A stretch of 64,000 bases of DNA from Candidatus Omnitrophota bacterium (GCA_018826075.1 JAHKAJ010000025.1:37608-101607); one strand, 5' to 3'; shown: positions 9,105 through 18,883, counted from the first letter of the stretch. Numbers and translations: made by a program. The notes: a model not told the origin generated them from the letters alone.

Positions 9105-9296
9105 TCTACTTCGCTCTATAACTTGTAATTTATGGTAGAGCTTCGTAGAAGCTTTACCTTTTCCAGTAATTATTTCTGCGTAGCCCTACCGGCGCTTAAC
9201 TCCTAGAAGGGCGAAGCAGAACCGCCACTTCCGCGAATACAGGCTGCTTTAAAGCTGATTATACCAAAATAACTGCTTTTTAAGGAATTTTTTTCG

Positions 9297-10094
9297 TTAA
9301 TAATTTATATAATCGTCGACGTCTAGGGGCAGGTGAAGCATTTCCTTGATCCGACGGATCCTCTGATCGGTATAAGGATGGGTCCTGAAATAGGAAAGCG
9401 GCCGGGTTTCTTTCTTATTTTCCTGATAAAGTTTCTCCTGGACTTCTATTCCGGCTTTAGGATCAAAGCCGGCCAGCTTACAATACTTGACTGCCAACTC
9501 ATCGGCATTGAGCTCATCTTCCCGGGAATAGCCCATCAAGATCTGAGCCAAAGCAAACGAAAGGCCTTGAGTAAATTGGGCATCCTGGCGGGTTCCGGCC
9601 GAAGCAACTACTAAAAGATTATAACCCATCAACGCCTGCAGGCGTTTTATGCTGTGCCGGCTGACGATGTGGCTCATTTCATGGGAAAGGACAAAAGCTA
9701 ATTCGTCATCGCTGAGCAGATCAAACAACTCCTTAAATATATAGATATAACCTCCCGGCAAAGCAAAGGCATTGACTTGGCTCTTATCCTGGTCATCTTT
9801 CTCAATAACATAAAAGTAATAACTTATTTCCGTGCGATCGGTAAATTCAACTAATTTAGAAGACACCTCATCCAGACGTTTGAGGTCATAAGGGTTTTTG
9901 GAAATCTCAAACTCCTGAGCGATCTTTTTGGCAATATTGCGGCCCATGGCTACTTCCCGTTCGGTTGAAAAAAGATAAATATCCTGAGTCTGAGTGCCGA
10001 CATTATATTCGCTTGAAATACACCCGCATAAAAACAACAACCAGCAAGTAACCAGTAACGGAAAATTTATTATTCTAAAAGAAAGGCAGGTCAT
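9297..10094 (-). CDS. M48 family zinc metallopeptidase (lipoprotein)
   Basis: HEMSHIVSRH is an HExxH zinc motif. The N-terminal lipobox is LFLCGC. Confidence 0.7.
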   Translation of the reverse strand: MTCLSFRIINFPLLVTCWLLFLCGCISSEYNVGTQTQDIYLFSTEREVAMGRNIAKKIAQEFEISKNPYDLKRLDEVSSKLVEFTDRTEISYYFYVIEKDDQDKSQVNAFALPGGYIYIFKELFDLLSDDELAFVLSHEMSHIVSRHSIKRLQALMGYNLLVVASAGTRQDAQFTQGLSFALAQILMGYSREDELNADELAVKYCKLAGFDPKAGIEVQEKLYQENKKETRPLSYFRTHPYTDQRIRRIKEMLHLPLDVDDYINY

Positions 10095-10636
10095 AAAAAG
10101 TCAGACTTCCTGAACAAAGAGACTAGGGGGCAATCCAGGCTGGCCAGATTTCGAGCGGCCCCTTCCTGGCGATCAACCACGGAGATGGCTTTAACTACTT
10201 TGATGTTTTCCTGCTTTAAAACCTCAATAGCTTTGATCAAAGATCCGCCGCTGGTAGCCACATCATCCACTACCACGACCTTCATACCTTTTTTAAGCTC
10301 CTGGCCTTCGATCAGCTTCTGACGGCCGTGTTTTTTGGGAGATTTACGGATCAAAAAACCTTTCAACTTCTTTTTATGTTTATAGGCAAGAAAACAGACT
10401 CCGCTGACTATCGGATCAGCTCCTAAAGTCGGGCCGCCGATAGCATCAATCTTCAAATCTTTGATCAGCTTAAAAACCTGGCGGGAGATCAGAAATACCC
10501 CTTGAGGGCTTAAGGATACTTTTCTTACATCAATATAGAAGTTACTGACTTTTCCCGAAGCCAGCAAGACTTTTTTCTTAAGAAAAGCTTCACGTTTAAG
10601 TAAAGATAGCAGCTGTTGTTTTTCGCTCATTGACAA
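10091..10636 (-). CDS. pyrE: orotate phosphoribosyltransferase
   Basis: Type-I PRTase PRPP-binding motif VVVVDDVATSGGS. Size about 180 aa. Confidence 0.8.
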   Translation of the reverse strand: MSMSEKQQLLSLLKREAFLKKKVLLASGKVSNFYIDVRKVSLSPQGVFLISRQVFKLIKDLKIDAIGGPTLGADPIVSGVCFLAYKHKKKLKGFLIRKSPKKHGRQKLIEGQELKKGMKVVVVDDVATSGGSLIKAIEVLKQENIKVVKAISVVDRQEGAARNLASLDCPLVSLFRKSDFL

Positions 10637-10660
10637 GATTATACTCTAAAAATAAAAAGC

Positions 10661-10688
10661 TTGCAATGGTTCCTTTCTTTTGTATAAT
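10661..10688 (+). promoter_or_regulatory. sigma70-like promoter for the Na/Pi cotransporter gene
   Basis: TTGCAA, a 16-nt spacer, then TGTATAAT (extended -10), about 50 nt upstream of the ATG at 10742. Confidence 0.4.
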
Positions 10689-10741
10689 GCCTTTTCAAGA
10701 TCATTTAAAGCTTTCATCTATCCAAAAATCGAATATAGTTC

Positions 10742-11866
10742 ATGCTTCGGGAAAAGTTAAAAATACCGCTTAAGTTAATCCTCGTCCTCGGTTTCGTTTA
10801 TTTATTTCTGGTAAGTATCGGTCTTATGGGGGAAGCCTTTAAGGGCTTTGGTAAAGACTTTGCCGAAAGCCTAATCTCAACTACCGCCAATCCCTTTATC
10901 GGACTGTTTATCGGAATTCTGGCTACCAGCATTGTTCAAAGCTCATCAACTACTACCTCAATTGTGGTCGGCATGGTTGCTTCGGGAGTCATGACTATCA
11001 CCAACGCGATTCCGATAATTATGGGTGCTAATATCGGCACTACCGTGACTGCAATGCTGGTGGCAATCGGCCATATCGGCCGCAAAGAAGAATTCAAACG
11101 AGCGGTGGCCGGAACCGCCGTCCATGACTTTTTCAATCTTATCTGCGTATGTTTACTTTTTCCGCTTGAGCTAGCCTTTGGTTTTTTAAGCAAAACTGCC
11201 GGATTTATGGCTAAAATTTTTAGCAATGTCGGCGGAGTAAAATTTACTAGCCCGATTAAAGTTGCCACAGAACCTTTAATAGATCTTATTAAAAAAATAG
11301 TTGAAAAAATAAATGTTTCCGATCATGCCCACTACATATTGCTTTTAGTTATTTCCATTGTGTTTCTTTTCACAGCCCTCTATTTCATTGTAAAAATAAT
11401 GCGTTCACTGGTAATACAAAGAGCCGAAATAGTACTTAGCAATATTTTGGGTAAGCACGCTGTCTTAACTATCATCGCTGGAGCTATTCTTACCGCTATC
11501 GTACAGAGCTCATCGATTACTACTTCTTTACTGGTTCCCCTGGTAGCAGCCGGAATATTAACTGTAGAAATGGCCTTCCCAATAACCATGGGAGCAAATA
11601 TTGGAACCACAGTAACAGCTATGCTTGCCTCCTTTGCCACCGGAAATATATCAGCAATTACCGTTGCTTTTGCTCATCTTCTTTTTAATACCATCGGTGT
11701 TTTCGTGATTTATCCGATAAAGCGTATACGCGCCATTCCGATATTTTTAGCGAAAAAATTAGGCTGGTTAGCCTCGATAAAAAGACGTTACGTTATCTTT
11801 TACGTTTTAATTATGTTTTTTATTCTGCCGGGACTCTTAATTTTTATTTCCCGGTTATTAAAATAA
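10742..11866 (+). CDS. Na+/phosphate cotransporter (NptA family)
   Basis: Duplicated GANIGTTVTAML motif, characteristic of Na/Pi-cotransporter II-related proteins. Confidence 0.8.
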   Translation: MLREKLKIPLKLILVLGFVYLFLVSIGLMGEAFKGFGKDFAESLISTTANPFIGLFIGILATSIVQSSSTTTSIVVGMVASGVMTITNAIPIIMGANIGTTVTAMLVAIGHIGRKEEFKRAVAGTAVHDFFNLICVCLLFPLELAFGFLSKTAGFMAKIFSNVGGVKFTSPIKVATEPLIDLIKKIVEKINVSDHAHYILLLVISIVFLFTALYFIVKIMRSLVIQRAEIVLSNILGKHAVLTIIAGAILTAIVQSSSITTSLLVPLVAAGILTVEMAFPITMGANIGTTVTAMLASFATGNISAITVAFAHLLFNTIGVFVIYPIKRIRAIPIFLAKKLGWLASIKRRYVIFYVLIMFFILPGLLIFISRLLK

Positions 11867-11877
11867 GGAGGTAAAAG

Positions 11878-12552
11878 ATGTTTAAAAATTTGCTTCAATT
11901 CTGGAAAGGGAAAGATTTCTTAAACGAAGTCCTCGAAGAATTTAAAAAGATGCTTGATGACAGCCAGGTGATGTTTGAGGCAGTCTATAAAAAACTTATC
12001 CTTAATCAGGATGAGCCGGGGTTAAAGGACCGGATCTACTCGATCGACAAAAAAGTAAACCAGCTTCAAAAAGACATCCGCAAAAGAATAATCGAACATC
12101 TCTCGATTCAGCCCTCGGTTGATGTGCCGACTTCCCTGCTTCTGATGAGCGTAGTCAAAGATGCTGAACGCCTGGGAGATTATGCCAAAAACCTTCTAGA
12201 AGTAAGCACTTTCCTGGAAAAACCGATCGACAAGCCTAATCATGACGAACTTTTTAATAATATCGAAGGGGAGTTGCTGGAGCTATTCCAACAGACTAAA
12301 AAAGCCTTTATGGAGTCGGACGAAAAAGAAGCAGCTAAAACTTGGGAATACCAAAAAGAAATCAAAAAACGCTGCGATGAGATAATCCGAAAATTAGCCA
12401 AAAGCAGTCTTTCGGTCAATGAAGCGGTATGCTTTACCCTGATCGCCCGTTACTATAAACGCATAGCCTCGCATTTGACTAATATCGCCACTTCAGTGAT
12501 ACTGCCCTTGACTGAACTTGATTATTTTGACGAAAGGCGAAAAGAAGACTAA
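11878..12552 (+). CDS. PhoU-like phosphate transport regulator
   Basis: Alpha-helical 224-aa protein immediately downstream of the Na/Pi cotransporter, the typical pairing. The RBS AAGGAGG precedes the ATG. Confidence 0.6.
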   Translation: MFKNLLQFWKGKDFLNEVLEEFKKMLDDSQVMFEAVYKKLILNQDEPGLKDRIYSIDKKVNQLQKDIRKRIIEHLSIQPSVDVPTSLLLMSVVKDAERLGDYAKNLLEVSTFLEKPIDKPNHDELFNNIEGELLELFQQTKKAFMESDEKEAAKTWEYQKEIKKRCDEIIRKLAKSSLSVNEAVCFTLIARYYKRIASHLTNIATSVILPLTELDYFDERRKED

Positions 12553-12554
12553 TC

Positions 12555-12716
12555 GGGGACAGGTCCCACTAGAATAGCCCTAATGTTTTCAAGTATTTTT
12601 AGGTCTTTTTTCAATTTTCTAAAATCTCCTAAGATTACCTTCTCATTTTCGATTTTCAGAAAAACCAGCAAATAATCCTTTATTTTATTGGGGTGATTTG
12701 ACTGGGACCTGTCCCC
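12555..12716. mobile_element. 162-bp MITE-like element, copy 1 (perfect 13-bp TIR GGGGACAGGTCCC)
   Basis: The left end GGGGACAGGTCCCAC and right end GGGACCTGTCCCC are exact reverse complements. A second 162-bp copy, roughly 70% identical by eye, lies at 45649-45810. Confidence 0.6.
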
Positions 12717-14176
12717 AATAGGTCTTTGCTGAAGATATTATCCAGGCCCAAAAGGCATTGGGGATCAAAATACTTCTTCAAAGCTGCCATTTGGTTGATC
12801 TCATCCTGACTATACATAATCTCTAAATAAGCTTTTTTCAGCTTACCGATTCCGTGTTCAGCTGATACTGTCCCGCCTAAGGAAACTGCCAGGCGGCAAA
12901 GTTCCTTAAGATAGCTTTTAGCCAGCTGACTCTGAGAATTGGTTTGCGGTAAAAAATTAAAATGAAGGTGTGATTCACCGATATGGCCAAAATTAAGATA
13001 ACTTAACTTTGCCTCTTGAGAAACTTTTCGGTAATACTGATGCATCTGCTTAAAATTACTTTCGGGAACAGCGATATCTGCAGCAGCCTTAACCTGTTTG
13101 GCCCGGCGTAAAAACTCATTGATCAGCTGGGGTAATTTATGCCTTATCTGATATACCTTCTCTCGTTCTTTAGCGGTTTCGGCGAAAATAGATTGATCAA
13201 GGAAAGCGCCGCTGGTTTCAATTAAACCCTGCCATTTATCGACTAGCGCGTCATACTCCTCTTTATTTTCTGCTTCCTGTTCAAAATAAACTGTGCCTCC
13301 GGCTTTTGGCATGAAAGAATATTCACGGCGCAAAAGATTTAATGAATTCTGATCTAGAAATTCTAGGGCAGCCGGATTCTGTAGGGGCGCAAAATTTTGC
13401 GCCCCTACTTTAATTCTTTCTGTAAATTGCAGGGCTTCTTCTTCCTGAGGGAAAAACAGCAAACCGTCAAAAACTCCAAAAGGGATATTTTGCAAAGCTA
13501 ATTCCAGGGAGCTGATTATACCCAAAGTCCCTTCGGAACCGATAAAAAGATCGATTAAATCCATATTGTCCCTTACAAAATACCCGGCCTGGGATTTACA
13601 GGCCGGAAGATGATAATCAGGGAGTTTAAAATCAAACTGACGGCCGGCGATCTTAAAGTTAAAAACTCTTTTTTGGGAAAAAATCTCACCCCGCCGCAAA
13701 TGAATTGCTTCTCCGGAAGAAAGGAAAATCTCAACTGCCCTGATGTAATTTCGTATCCCTCCCCAGCCAAAACCATGCACCCCTGAGGCAGCAGTTGAAG
13801 CTACGCCGCCGGCTAAAGCCAAAGGTTCGGTAGGTAAAGATCTTAGCGTTAACTTATGTTTTCTTGCTTCTTTTTCCAAATCTTGAAGCGAAACTCCAGC
13901 TTCTAGCTTAGCAGTTTTAGCCTCGGGATCGATCTGGATATTGTCCTTTAAGCCTTCTAAAGATATGATCGCCCCTTCCTGCGGAACACAACCTCCGGTA
14001 GTCCCGGTTCTTCCGCCCGAAGCAGTAAAAGGGATGTTTTTTTTAGAAAGCTCCCGGATTATCGCTAAAAGTTCTTCCTGATTTTGTGGTATATATAAAG
14101 CTGAAGCCGCCCCCTGACGATTAGAAGTATCCTCTAAGTAAGTAAGCAGATCTTTCTGGTTGGTTTTGGAGATCAT
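12680..14176 (-). CDS. FAD-binding oxidoreductase (GlcD / D-lactate dehydrogenase-like)
   Basis: FAD_binding_4-type glycine-rich motif SGGRTGTTGG. The last 12 codons and the stop are supplied by the MITE-like element. Confidence 0.75.
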   Translation of the reverse strand: MISKTNQKDLLTYLEDTSNRQGAASALYIPQNQEELLAIIRELSKKNIPFTASGGRTGTTGGCVPQEGAIISLEGLKDNIQIDPEAKTAKLEAGVSLQDLEKEARKHKLTLRSLPTEPLALAGGVASTAASGVHGFGWGGIRNYIRAVEIFLSSGEAIHLRRGEIFSQKRVFNFKIAGRQFDFKLPDYHLPACKSQAGYFVRDNMDLIDLFIGSEGTLGIISSLELALQNIPFGVFDGLLFFPQEEEALQFTERIKVGAQNFAPLQNPAALEFLDQNSLNLLRREYSFMPKAGGTVYFEQEAENKEEYDALVDKWQGLIETSGAFLDQSIFAETAKEREKVYQIRHKLPQLINEFLRRAKQVKAAADIAVPESNFKQMHQYYRKVSQEAKLSYLNFGHIGESHLHFNFLPQTNSQSQLAKSYLKELCRLAVSLGGTVSAEHGIGKLKKAYLEIMYSQDEINQMAALKKYFDPQCLLGLDNIFSKDLLGTGPSQITPIK

Positions 14177-14191
14177 CGATCGGGATCAAGG

Positions 14192-14869
14192 TTAAAAAGA
14201 AATATTAAAGCTTCCGGATAATGTCTGGCCGCTGACCAGCTCACCCTCAAAATTAACCCAGGTCCTGTCAGTTAAGGGTATATCTACGCCGAGGATCAGC
14301 CCTAAACCTTTGGTCAAATCAGACATGGTTCTTTTGCGGTCTTGCTCCAGCCAATGGATATAGTCAAGTCTTGACCACTTTGCTCCCAGGTAGGGAGTAA
14401 GCCTTAAAAAACTGTAGGAACCTGATAAACACACCTGCCAATCGTCAAGAATGGCTTTGTTCTCTATACCGTTAAGGTCTGTAGAATAAGGATGGACGCT
14501 GATATGCTGAAAACCAAAAACTAATTTTGCCTTTTTCTGGTCATAAAGTTTAAACCGCAGACCGTAACCGCCGGCAAAAGAAGAGTTATAGTCGACTTCG
14601 TCGCTGGATAAGGGATGTTGTTTTAAATTACCGACTCCGATCTTTAAGTCCAAAGCCAGCCAATCGAATAATCCGTAAGAGACCTGCAGGAAATGCTGGC
14701 TGGAGCGCAGGTCTCCTCTCTCCTGTTCAAGTTCACGCTCAAAGACAAGATGAGTTTGGATACCGGTAAAATATTTATTGGCCAGAGGCAGCTTTGTGCC
14801 GTAGGAAGGCGCCGGATAAACCGGGATTGCCGTTAAAAACAAAATCAGAACTAAAAAAAATCGGCCCAT
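14192..14869 (-). CDS. outer-membrane beta-barrel protein (hypothetical)
   Basis: Signal peptide, alternating hydrophobic beta-strand pattern and a C-terminal Phe. Confidence 0.45.
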   Translation of the reverse strand: MGRFFLVLILFLTAIPVYPAPSYGTKLPLANKYFTGIQTHLVFERELEQERGDLRSSQHFLQVSYGLFDWLALDLKIGVGNLKQHPLSSDEVDYNSSFAGGYGLRFKLYDQKKAKLVFGFQHISVHPYSTDLNGIENKAILDDWQVCLSGSYSFLRLTPYLGAKWSRLDYIHWLEQDRKRTMSDLTKGLGLILGVDIPLTDRTWVNFEGELVSGQTLSGSFNISF

Positions 14870-14911
14870 TAACAGCTATTATAGCAAAAGTTTTTAAAGC
14901 GGCAACTAGAT

Positions 14912-14952
14912 AAAAAAAACACATCCGGTTTAAAAAACTTAAACCGGGTGTG
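14912..14952 (-). terminator. rho-independent terminator of the T4P operon
   Basis: On the minus strand: 14-bp stem (one mismatch), 5-nt loop, followed by TTTTTTTT. It lies 35 nt past the stop of the last pilin gene. Confidence 0.55.
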
Positions 14953-14986
14953 TCTTGAATTTATCAACAGTGGCCGGAAACCTTAT

Positions 14987-15397
14987 CTAAGGACAAGTCC
15001 CTTCAGCCGGTTCAGGATCTGCTGAACTGAGATGCCAAGCTTCTATGCTGCTGCCTTCGCCATGAGTTGCCTCGGCGCAGAAAGTCGCAGGAGTCACGCT
15101 GTTGTCGGCCTGAGGAACCGAATAAGCCCAATGATCGGCATCTGATAAATCAAGGCTTAACAGCTCGTTAGTATTTCCGGTATCAGTGGTGGTGGTATAA
15201 TTACGTGCTTCGATGCGGTAATTCTTCTCAGCGGCGTAAATCAAACGAAGGTTGGCTTTAGCTCCTTGATCGCGAATTTTCTGCTTAACCCCGATATACC
15301 CCGGTACAGCTATGCCGGCCAAAATACTCAAAACCACAATGACTACCAGCAGCTCAATAAGAGTAAAACTCTTCAGCAAATATCTATTACTTGACAT
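14987..15397 (-). CDS. type IV pilin / pseudopilin
   Basis: FTLIELLVVIVVLSILAGIAVP is the class III prepilin cleavage/methylation N-terminus. Confidence 0.7.
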   Translation of the reverse strand: MSSNRYLLKSFTLIELLVVIVVLSILAGIAVPGYIGVKQKIRDQGAKANLRLIYAAEKNYRIEARNYTTTTDTGNTNELLSLDLSDADHWAYSVPQADNSVTPATFCAEATHGEGSSIEAWHLSSADPEPAEGTCP

Positions 15398-15425
15398 TAA
15401 TAACCGAATTTTTTTATTTTAAAAC

Positions 15426-15845
15426 TTAACTTCCGCCGCAATCCGGACCGCGTAAAGTATGATTCCCGGTACAGTTACCGTCCTGATTATAGATAACCGA
15501 CTGGCCACCATGAGAGGAACTTGAATTTTTAGTAGCCGTAGCTGTGTAGTTATCCGTACCGCTAATAGTAACATTATAATCCCAGTCTTGGTCAAGATCG
15601 ATCTGTTTAAGCTCTACATAATTACCAAGCACAGAGTCAACAGCCCCATCTGCTGCCGCTACATAGGTATCACGTTCGGCCCGGTACATCTTCTCAGCAT
15701 GCGAAATCAAACCTAAAGCAGATTTGGCTTTAGCCACCCTGGCTTTCTCAACCGCGTTAAGAAACTGCGGTATGGCAATAGTAGCCAAAATTCCGATTAC
15801 GATTACTACGATCAAAAGTTCCAAAAGCGTAAAACCCTTTCTCAT
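15426..15845 (-). CDS. type IV pilin
   Basis: MRKGFTLLELLIVVIVIGILATIAIP is a canonical prepilin leader (G|F) with the Glu5 helix. Confidence 0.75.
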   Translation of the reverse strand: MRKGFTLLELLIVVIVIGILATIAIPQFLNAVEKARVAKAKSALGLISHAEKMYRAERDTYVAAADGAVDSVLGNYVELKQIDLDQDWDYNVTISGTDNYTATATKNSSSSHGGQSVIYNQDGNCTGNHTLRGPDCGGS

Positions 15846-15930
15846 TTGAAAACCTCCTTTTCTAAAACGCCCCGTGATTATTCATTATTATACCACTCAG
15901 CCTTTACCTGTCAAAGTTCTTTAAACCCGG

Positions 15931-17160
15931 TTAACCGCCCAAGCTGGAAAGCTTAAACAAAGGCATAAACAATGATATTACGATTCCGCCGATGACTATC
16001 CCCATAAAAATAATCATCAATGGCTCAAAAGCAGCGATTATCCGTTCAACCCGGGTAGTCAATTCCTTGCGGTAATGAACCGAGACTTTATTAAAAACTT
16101 CGGATATAGTTCCGGTTTCTTCGCCGATCTTAGTCATCTCGGAGATCAACAGCGGAAAAATATTTACCTTTCTTAACTCCTCAGACAGAGAAGCCCCTTC
16201 TTTAACCCTTTCCTGGACAAAGAGAACACTACTTTTTAAGAAACTATTGCCGACACTTTGAGCGGTAATCTCCAAAGCATAGACAACCGGAAGGCCGCTA
16301 TCCAAAAGGATGTAAAGAGTCGAGGTGATCCGCTCAAGAAAAAAAGTAAGTATAACCCTGCCCAAAAGCGGTATTTTAAAACAATTACGGTCCCACCAAT
16401 GGCGCACTGCCGGGCTGTTTTTAGCTAAAAAGGAAAGAAAAACCAAACCGGCTAGACCGATCATAACCATGAAAAAATGTTCAGAAAAAAACCGGCTGGC
16501 GGCAAACATAATCCTGGTCGGCAAAGGCAATTTTACGTTAAACTGATCAAAAATAGTTATAAACTTGGGAAGAATAAATTTTAAAAATACAATAACCGCT
16601 ACAAAAGCGGCAAAAAATAAGATTACCGGATAGACCAGGGCGCTTTTTACTTTACGCTCAAACTCCATGCGCAATTCCAGATAATCGGAAAGCTTTTCTA
16701 AAACAAAGGGAAGGTTTCCCGAAGTCTCCCCGACGTGGACTATCCCCCTCCAGAGGACAGAAAAAATCCTGGGATATTTAGCAATGGCCTCGCTGAAAGA
16801 AAGGCCGCTTTTTATATGCTCACAGATCTTGCGTAAAACCTTTTCCAGCAGCAGACTTTCAGTCTGATAAGCTATGATTTCAAGGCTTCTTAAAAGAGTC
16901 ACGCCGCTGGAAAGAGTAGTCGCCAAATTCCGGGCAAAGAGAGTAAGATCGAATAACTTCACCGAGGAACGTTTCCCGCGTATCCGGGATAAACCGCTGA
17001 TCGGCGATTTTTGGCTGCCTTCTTTCTGGGTAGTTACTGAAACCACAAAAAGCCCTCTTGAACGCAAGCGAGAAACAACTTCCGATTGAGAAAGAGCATG
17101 GGTATTGCCCTTAACCGTCTTGGCTTCTTTAGTTTTAGCGATATAGTTAAATTTAGGCAT
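15931..17160 (-). CDS. pilC: type IV pilus assembly platform protein PilC (GspF family)
   Basis: About 400 aa with 3 TM helices and duplicated T2SSF-like domains. Positioned after pilB. Confidence 0.85.
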   Translation of the reverse strand: MPKFNYIAKTKEAKTVKGNTHALSQSEVVSRLRSRGLFVVSVTTQKEGSQKSPISGLSRIRGKRSSVKLFDLTLFARNLATTLSSGVTLLRSLEIIAYQTESLLLEKVLRKICEHIKSGLSFSEAIAKYPRIFSVLWRGIVHVGETSGNLPFVLEKLSDYLELRMEFERKVKSALVYPVILFFAAFVAVIVFLKFILPKFITIFDQFNVKLPLPTRIMFAASRFFSEHFFMVMIGLAGLVFLSFLAKNSPAVRHWWDRNCFKIPLLGRVILTFFLERITSTLYILLDSGLPVVYALEITAQSVGNSFLKSSVLFVQERVKEGASLSEELRKVNIFPLLISEMTKIGEETGTISEVFNKVSVHYRKELTTRVERIIAAFEPLMIIFMGIVIGGIVISLFMPLFKLSSLGG

Positions 17161-17176
17161 TGGCTGTTAAAATAAC

Positions 17177-18883
17177 TTAATAAACAACTGCCACTGAAAG
17201 GACTTCCTCCAAAGAAGTTATCCCTTCCTCCACTCTTTTTAAACCGCTCTCCAAAAGAGTGAGTGAACCGTTTTTCTTAGCAGTCTGTATGATCTCCTGA
17301 GGGCTTAAACCCCGGTATATTGCCATCCTCAGCTCTTCATTAACCAGGATGATTTCAGTAATCACTGACCTTCCTTTGTAGCCGATAAAATTGCATTTCT
17401 CACAGCCTTTGGCCCGGTAGATCACCGGAGAGCTGATATTTACACCTTCGGGAAGATTTTCCTTTTTTACTTCATAAGGCTCTTTGCAAGAACTACAAAG
17501 CTTACGCACTAACCGCTGGGCAACGATCAAACGGGTTGAAGCGGTAACCAAATAACTGGGAATACCGATATCCACTAAACGGGTAACTGTTGAAGCCGCA
17601 TCATTGGTGTGAAGAGTCGAAAAAACCAAATGCCCGGTCAAAGCCGCCCGAATAGTCATTTCAGCAGTCTCTAAATCTCTGACTTCTCCTACCAGGATTA
17701 TGTCCGGATCCTGCCGCAAAAAACAACGAAGAGTATTGGCGAAGGTCAGGCCGATCTCCGGCTTGATCTGGACCTGATTAATACCTTCTATCCGGTATTC
17801 CACCGGATCTTCTACGGTAAGAATATTTTTGGTTGAAGATTTGATCTCGTTTAGAGCCGCATAAAGAGTGGTTGATTTTCCTGAACCGGTCGGGCCGGTA
17901 AGAAAAACCAACCCGTAGGAAGAACTAATCCCTTTTCTGATCAGTTCAAGCTCCTGAGGAAGAAAACCCAATTTAGCCAGATCCAGAGGAACCCGGGTTT
18001 TATCCAAAATCCGCAATACCACCTTTTCGCCGTAAATAGTCGGCAAAGTGGAGACCCGCAGATCGATCAGGCGTTTAGCCACTTTTACCATAAAGCCGCC
18101 GTCCTGAGGCAGGCGTTTTTCGGCAATATCCATCTTGGAAAGAATTTTTATTCGTGAGACTATCGGAAGATACAGGGAAGCCGACGGTGAAGGCATATCA
18201 AATAAAACACCGTCAATACGGTAACGCAGGCTTAACTTGTCATAGTGAGGCTCAAGATGAATATCCGAAGCATTCTCCTCAATAGCCTGGCGGATCAAAA
18301 GATCCACTAGTTTAACCACCGGGGCCTCTTCAGCCTGAGCAATAAGCTTATCCAGGCTTAAGTCGGTCTCTTCGGAAATCTCTTTTATCGCCGCCCTTTC
18401 CTCTTCTCCGGCAACCTGAATAGCATCACGAAAAATCTTATCCCGGCCGTAAAAAGATTCCAAAGCCTTTAAAATATCGCTACGAGTTGAAACCACTACG
18501 TTGATCTCACAACCGGTTATTTTTTTTAAATTATCCAGAAGAATCAGATCCAGCGGATCAAACATCACCACAGTCAGGGAGTTAAGGCTGCGCGAAAGCG
18601 GAAGAACGATATTTTTAATGGCGAAATCCTGAGGAATAAGATCCTCCAGATTCTGGTCGGCGTTCGGTTTTAACTTTCCCGAAGCCAAAGAAACATAAGG
18701 AATCGAAAGCTGTTTGCTTAAAGCAATAACGATCTGCTCTTCATTTACATAGCCCAGGCGGATCAATACCTCACCAAGCTTGCCGCCTTCTTTTTCCTGC
18801 AAGGTTATAGCCTCTTTAAGCTGCTTTTCGGCTATAATCCCCTCGGAAATCAAGATATCTCCCAACTTTTTGTAACGCGCCAT
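17177..18883 (-). CDS. pilB: type IV pilus assembly ATPase PilB (GspE family)
   Basis: GspE N-terminal domain, Walker A GPTGSGKST, Asp/His boxes and a C-terminal tetracysteine CxxC...CxxC. Confidence 0.9.
   Translation of the reverse strand: MARYKKLGDILISEGIIAEKQLKEAITLQEKEGGKLGEVLIRLGYVNEEQIVIALSKQLSIPYVSLASGKLKPNADQNLEDLIPQDFAIKNIVLPLSRSLNSLTVVMFDPLDLILLDNLKKITGCEINVVVSTRSDILKALESFYGRDKIFRDAIQVAGEEERAAIKEISEETDLSLDKLIAQAEEAPVVKLVDLLIRQAIEENASDIHLEPHYDKLSLRYRIDGVLFDMPSPSASLYLPIVSRIKILSKMDIAEKRLPQDGGFMVKVAKRLIDLRVSTLPTIYGEKVVLRILDKTRVPLDLAKLGFLPQELELIRKGISSSYGLVFLTGPTGSGKSTTLYAALNEIKSSTKNILTVEDPVEYRIEGINQVQIKPEIGLTFANTLRCFLRQDPDIILVGEVRDLETAEMTIRAALTGHLVFSTLHTNDAASTVTRLVDIGIPSYLVTASTRLIVAQRLVRKLCSSCKEPYEVKKENLPEGVNISSPVIYRAKGCEKCNFIGYKGRSVITEIILVNEELRMAIYRGLSPQEIIQTAKKNGSLTLLESGLKRVEEGITSLEEVLSVAVVY

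Noticed and set aside
7489-9300. Looked for tmRNA (ssrA) next to smpB
   Set aside because: No tRNA-Ala-like acceptor/T-arm pair or tag-reading-frame structure is recognisable. The nearby structured RNAs resolve cleanly as tRNA-Ser and tRNA-Leu.
10936-11640. Antisense ORFs (110 aa and 86 aa) inside the Na/Pi cotransporter gene
   Set aside because: They lie fully within a well-supported CDS on the opposite strand and show a low-complexity, mirror-image composition, so they are spurious. The same applies to the other short antisense ORFs in the track (e.g. 19494-20105, 21618-22243, 37069-37605, 43327-44108, 60710-61678, 63326-63688).
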